A program made the translations under genes and the position numbers. Below, piece by piece: positions 57,991 through 64,000 of a stretch of 64,000 nucleotides of DNA; the stretch's first letter is position 1; each line of letters begins with the position of its first letter. Below the pieces are notes generated by a model. It saw only the letters and a program-made list of their open reading frames with translations. It did no database searches and was not told the origin of the DNA. This stretch comes from Cyanophora paradoxa CCMP329 (taxonomy: Eukaryota; Plantae; Glaucophyta). The stretch covers positions 62,001-126,000 of the forward strand of contig QPMI01000657.1 of the NCBI GenBank assembly GCA_004431415.1. The letters are read 5' to 3'.

Positions 57991-60510
57991 CTGATGCCAA
58001 GACCAAGAAGATAAGACTGCAACTCAACTCCTTTCTTCAGTACAAAGCCTTCTTGGCGGTCGACTCGCTGAATGAGGAACTGCAAGGCAAAATAAGAGAG
58101 TAAAGAGAACTTTCAATGATCATGTACAAAGCAACAAGCAATGCCGCACTGTATCAGAAGGCAACTGTCCCAGATTTCCGACCTTGGATGCCCAATACTC
58201 AAATTCCTCCATAGGGCCAGAATCGGCGACCATGTCCGGCTTGCACATCAGATCCTGTGCCTCCACCGAATACCTGTTCAAGGTTGTTTCTTGACAAAAT
58301 GAAACGCAAATTCCACTATAAACTGCTCACTGCTTGGCCGAAAAAATCAAATCGCTTTCATTTGCAAAATCTTTCTCCTCCAGCGACCAGTCCGCTTTCG
58401 CAACAGGGACAGCCACATCAGAGCTTGCCTTGACGTTGCTGTCTTGCGAAACAGCGTGCACGACTTTCTCGACAGCCGGAGAACCTTGTGGAACTGCTGG
58501 CTGCACTCCTGTGATCGGATCGGAAGAAGAGTCTTCCGGATCGAGCACGACCACAGTTTCAATGTTCATTGCTGAGCAAAATATCAATTTCGCAAACCGA
58601 CCAAGGTAATTCACACACCTGCTCGAACTTCAGGATGCCAGGGCATCACTCCAAAACGGTAGCCTGCAGGGTAGACTTTCCCCTCGTGGTCGTCCCACAA
58701 TTTCGCTGAAGGGGGTTGCGGATTGTATACGTACAACGTGTTCCGGTCTGCATCTTGAATGTAAGCCACCAGCATCTATACGAACAACGAGCACAGTACT
58801 AACCAATCGATTCAAAGTGTTTTGCCCAATTCTTGCCAGTTAAGTAGAAAGACACTTTCGTCGGATCGAGAAAGTAGAAGAACTTGCCGAGTTTCTCATC
58901 GAGCCCCATCACGAGTTTCATTCCTGCTTTAACGTCAAACACCATTTGAATAACAACCAAACTGAAGTTCATCACTAACCCAGATCATGATGGCATCCCT
59001 TGTCTTGACGTGTGATCTTCATCATGTGGTGCTTTGAAGTCAGGTCATAGAAGATGAGATTAGCCACTTGAAGCCACTCTGCGCTCGTGTTTGGTTGGTT
59101 GTTTGGTTTGGTTGGTCCCAATTGCAATAAACACTAACCAACAAGCAAAACAAATGGATCGCGAGCGCCAATTTCCTCCTTGATGTTGCTCGGGATATCA
59201 GATGCTATCATGACCTCCAACAGCATCGCGTAGAACGCTGACAAAGACTGAGCTAAAGGCAAAGATTCATTTCAAGCAAGCATACCGGAAAGAGCGTTTG
59301 GCCCGCCTTGCGAAACAACGTGCTCAAAAACAACAGCTTGCATGATCATTACTGAAGCATGGGGGATATCGTACTCTGAGAAACGTAAGCATGTCAGTAT
59401 AACGAACTCTTTGGCCTTTCAGTGATCAAAAGCGCACTTGTGGTTACAGTCTGGTTCGATCTCTTGGTTTTCTGCTTCGAAGTGAACTTCTTCATGTGCG
59501 TCTCTACTGCCTCCATTCTGAGAGTTCAACTTAGTAAGGATCGTTTGTCACTTCTTTAAGACCATTGCAAGGACCACACCTTGCCGAAAGTGCATCAGGA
59601 AGAGAAGGAGATTGCTTGGAGAACAGCTTGAACCCGCTTTTTATAATCAAATTGACTTCCTTCAGCTCTTTCCACTTGTTCGCGATCTTACGTACACCGC
59701 GATCTGCGACTCTTGCTTAGCTTCGAACATTCTCATGGCCAGACAAAGAAACAGCACACGAGTCCCGTACTCCTCCGCACGCTTGCATGTCTCTGGCGTG
59801 ATCCGGTAGAAGAGATTTCCCTGCGCATTCCTGTTAACCGCCAAACTTCTCCCTGTCTATACTCATGGACCAAACAATGGCAATAGCTTGAGAAAACTAT
59901 GACCATTATAGTTTGTCCAGAATCAGACAAAGCAACGTTAACTGCATAGAAATCTACTTCGACTGCTCTAGCTTTTGACTATGAACACTAGTAGTCTACT
60001 TGACAGCTGACCTGCGAGCACTAGCATTCCACTGCCCTAGGCTTCCCATCAACGCATGCGCAGTAGCCTAGGAGCTTATAATTCGCTAGAATGCGCGCAA
60101 AAGAACAGAAACAGCTGCACGCACGCCTCCTTTGTCTGCCGACGCATCGTCCATGGCCACCTTTGCTCCGAACTACGACCGAGCAAACCATCAGCACTCG
60201 AAGCGAGCGGCTGCCAGCGCAGCAAGCGCACGATTTTCATCATCATGGCGTGTAGACCACTCCAGAACACCGCCATAGCCATCCTCACTAGCTCGGATGA
60301 GGATGCACTGGTGCGCGACCTCTTCCGACGTCCGCCATTCCCAGCAGAGGGATCGCCGGAATAGCTGCCTTCCTCGTACTCATACTCCTCTTCGTCCTCA
60401 TTCTCCTCGCGGGCGGCGGCCGGTTGCTGCTGCATGGCTGCCGCAGCGGCCGCCGACGACGACGACGAAGCTCCATTCCTGTCCTTCTTAGAGCCCGGTG
60501 GATGCTTCAT
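57991..60510 (-). pseudogene. 5' half of the gene interrupted by the PLV (start uncertain)
   Basis: An exon beginning at 58079 (FLIQRVDRQEGFVLKKGVELQSYLLGLGISST) joins 29849 in frame. There are further upstream exons and a possible ATG at 60510 (MKHPPGSKK). Confidence 0.55.
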
Positions 60511-61177
60511 TGCTTCCTCACACGCGCACTGAGCTTGCGTTCGACTGTGCTCGCTGGCGCTAGCTCTCCTGGCCGCGTTCGGCTGCAAGAGCAACAATGA
60601 ACCTGTACTCCCTTTTCTTTCTCCCCTTCCCAAAGCGGCCCACCAACGTCTAGCTCTACGGATCGAATCGACGGCCGCCGGCCGATCAAAAACACGTTGA
60701 CGTTCCTGTACAAAGCACTTTTGATCACAATCTCAAGCTCTTCACACTTCTCAGCTCATACATCTCAGAGTCTAGCTATAGATCATCCTGGGGGGGTGCG
60801 GGGGGGCGGAGCCCCCCTGCTTGTGGGGAAAACAACTGGCAAGGGCCTGCCACTGGCAGCCAGTTGCAGGCCCTGGCTCGGCGGCGACTCGCCGGCGACT
60901 CGGCGGCGAGTCGACCTCGGCGGCGAGTCCGCCGACTCGGCGGCGACTCGCGATCGCGATCGGGGCCGACTCGCCGCCGAGTCGGCGGCAACCCGCGCTA
61001 CCGTAGTACCATGGCCATACGATAATATTAGCGCGCTCAAAAGTTTTAGACGCGGTAATGTGCACGTGGTAGCGCGTGCTGCGATGATGCGCAGTAATTG
61101 ATGATGCTCACACTTTTCCGAAAAGGTCTATGGGCGGTACCCGGTCCGATGAAAACGCGCTAATTATACTATGATAA

Positions 61178-62100
61178 ATTTTTTTTGGTGAATTACCGGC
61201 CACAGTCTTTTTTTTTGGTGAATTACCGGCCACAGTCTCTAGACACCAGCACTGCGGGGGCTGCCCAGGGGGCATAAAGACAAAAAAGCAAAATAACTAA
61301 GACAAGAGCACGAAGAAAGATAAGACAAAGAGCCAAAATCGACAATAAAAAAGGAAAGACACAGAGCTCGAGACAGATCGATAGCGAGAAGAGACGATAA
61401 ATCGAGCAGATCTAGGGACAGAGGATAACTGACACGAAGAAGAGCCAGAGCTAGAGATACCATCAATATCAGAAGGAATTACATCACTAAGAAGCGGGGG
61501 ACAAAATTGAGAAAGATAAATAACAGGAAGAAGACAAGTAAGAGGAACAACAAGACGACATGGAGGCGGAGGCGAAGCAGGACGATGCGAAAGGGCAGAG
61601 CTACGGCACGAGGTCGAGGAGGACACAGGAGGCGGAGCAGGCGGATCAAGAGCAGGCAAAAGGACAGTCAAAGGAATCACTAAAGTCTCTAATTTGGTAT
61701 TTATACGTACCGCGCCGAATTAAAATTGTTTTTTTGCGTGGGGGGGCCGGGCTGCCCATGGCCAGCAGGGGGCATGCACGTGCACAGAGACACCAGCGCT
61801 AGCACTGCGGGGGGCCGGGGGCTGCCCAGGGGGCATGCACAGAGACAAAAAGCAAAGGAACTAAGACAAGAGCACGAAGAAAGATAAGACAAAGAGCTCG
61901 AGCCAAAATCGACAATAAACAAGGAAAGACGACGTCGATCGCGACACAGAGCGCGAGACAGATCTAGATCTAGATCGAGAATTCGAAGAGAGGAGAAGTA
62001 AACCAGACCGAGCGGATCTAGACGGAAGACGTCGACGCGGTAATTTGTGGTGCTGGTGTCTAGATCGAGACTGTACATGTGGCCGGTAATTCACCAAAAA
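61178..62100. mobile_element. About 0.9-kb non-coding MITE-like element with imperfect TIRs and an internal direct repeat
   Basis: TTTTTGGTGAATTACCGGCCACA..TCTAGACACCAGCAC on the left (first part tandemly doubled) is inverted at 62050-62100. About 61242-61415 is repeated at about 61789-62020. Confidence 0.55.
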
Positions 62101-64000
62101 CAAAACATTTGTGCATGGCGCGGTATTTAAATTTAAGTTGTCTTATACTATGATACACGGTGCAGCTGCATATATATATACAAATATGGGCCAGCTAAAT
62201 TGGAAGCTAATTAAAGCCAGCTACATATTAATTGGCAGCTATATCGCTAGTGCGCTAGCTTCAGCTGGCTTCAGCTTGGGCTTGAGCTTTTCTGACATCG
62301 CGTCGATGGCCCATTGATGGGTAGAGGTATCGCGGCATACTAGTACTGGTAATAGTCTGGTATAAACATTATGTGTCATTTTACCCTCGCCGCTGTACCC
62401 CCGCCGCTCTTTAATATTTAAATTTTAACCCCGCATGCGGATTGGGCGTAGTCTCCATGAATGCCAAATAGTGAAAGTCACGGGTGACTCACGCAGCGAG
62501 TCACGCGCGGTCATGCATATTTGGGATCCGGAGTCGGGACTAGGGCTGGGTCCAGTGAGATCAGTGGAGGGTCGAGGGTCTCACTCTACTCACTGAGTGA
62601 GGATTTTGGCTCACTCGTACAAAGAAAAATGTATGGGGCGAGTGAGCCGGACCTCAGCCCGCGCAGCGCGGGGGGGTATCTGGCGCCATAAAATCACGAC
62701 CCAGGCGCCCCACCTAACGATTTGGGGGTACTTTTGAGTCAGATCTACATGCGTATAGCGTAGCGCTAGCAGCACCGCGCGCGATGCTGACCATGACCAA
62801 TTTGAAATTCGAAACGACCTCTCAGAGTCTCGACATTTTAAAAGCCCGCGGAAACAGCTGGCAGTTACGGCACGTATACGTAGCGCCTGAAAACACGGCG
62901 AAATCTGGGTCGTTTTAGGTCGTTTTAGGTCGTTTTTCGCGTATACGAAAACGTACCCCCTGCTCACTACAGTGACTGAGTGAGTGGGACGCAAAAAGCT
63001 CACTCACAAAGTGAGCCCGCGGACCTCACTGGGCGCAGCCCTAGTCGGGACTCGGGAGTCGGTACTACTCGGTAGTAACTCGGTACGACTCGGGTCGCTC
63101 GGTAGGCGAGTCGGGACTCGGGAGTCGGGACTCGGGACTCGGGAGTCAGACTCACTCAGTCAGTCACTGAGTCATTCATTAATTCTGAATCATGCAGGTC
63201 CACTGGGCCACTGCCAGTCTGCCAGCGACTGCAGCTGGCCCGCGGCCGCCGGGGGCCCGGGGCCGGCCGGCGCCGGGCAGTCACAGACCGTCGGACTGCG
63301 CACGGCGCACAGGCTGCGCACAGCTGCGCACTGCGCCGTGACTGCGGCAGTCTAGATCTGCCACAGACTGCCAGCCTGGCAGTGCCGCAGACTGCCCGCA
63401 GTGCATGCGCAGCCTGCTGGTCCGGGTCCGATGATCCGTGGGCCGTGGCACCACTGGCACGCGCACGGTGCAGCTGACTGGCACCTGGACCTGAGGAAAT
63501 GACCCGGAATTTACTAAGTAACGGCCGGAAATGCCCCAGATGCGATCCATCTAGATCTAAGTTGCTGTGGCCCAAGCACAGTGCCACGGTGCGCCGCGGG
63601 CCCGCGGCGCCGGCGCGGGCGGTATACGTAGCGACGAACACTGGAGAAAGGAATTCGGCCCCTGGCACCCCTGCCACAGGCTGCCAGGCGATTTCTTGAA
63701 GATTTCGACGACATGTACAGAAGATCATTTTTCGGTCGACCCAAGTCAAGCTTCAGATCATGAGATTGGGGAAAAGCCTGCAGGGGGGCACGGCGGCACG
63801 TCCCCAGCTGTGTACATGTGTTGTATCAACTTGTATGCATATGGGACTGAGATCACAGAGAACCTCAGTCGGCCAATTTGGTGACTCAGTCGGGTCAGTC
63901 AGTCGCCGAGTCGGGTCAGTCAGGAGACTGAACCGGGGTCCGGCCGCGGGGCGAGTCGACGATCGCCGCGGATCGCGACGTCGACGTCGACTCGACGTCG

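Larger units (their letters stand above)
15470..60875 (+). mobile_element. Large Helitron-like element (about 17 kb without the nested PLV); boundaries approximate
   Basis: Sharp drop in GC relative to the host genes, a RepHel gene, and similar GC hairpins at 15470 and 60790. No canonical TC...CTRR termini identified. Confidence 0.5.

Noticed and set aside
62350-64000. ORFs and a possible transposon end in the GACTC/GAGTC-rich tail
   Set aside because: Low-complexity sequence with no protein motif and no partner repeat inside the window.

Overview
Eukaryotic (protist-like) genomic DNA with three nested layers. (1) About 1-14.5 kb: very GC-rich host genes with short GT..(CTGAC)..CAG introns. 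These include DPM1, a small TPR gene, a MUS81-like ERCC4 nuclease, an F-box/LRR gene and a 4-TM + SAM-domain gene. (2) About 15.5-60.9 kb: a lower-GC, intron-rich block that looks like a large Helitron. It has a HUH Rep + PIF1 helicase fused to a USP-like cysteine-protease domain, a zinc-finger gene, an ERCC4 nuclease ORF and a convergent unknown gene. (3) 29850-57984: a complete, apparently young 28.1-kb endogenous Polinton-like virus (PLV) inserted into an exon of that convergent gene, with 852-bp TIRs and a 6-bp TSD (GTCGAG). It encodes an MCP, two divergent pentons, an A32 ATPase, a PrimPol-D5 helicase, a pPolB whose proofreading domain looks dead, an RVE integrase, a 1963-aa fibre with an S74 chaperone, a patatin-discoidin lipase split by one amber codon and a prokaryotic-type AdoMet decarboxylase. 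An iteron hairpin occurs three times (both TIRs and just after the primase-helicase), and giant-virus-like promoter motifs precede several genes. All calls come from motif recognition by eye; no searches were run. Exon boundaries are approximate and the Helitron termini were not located.
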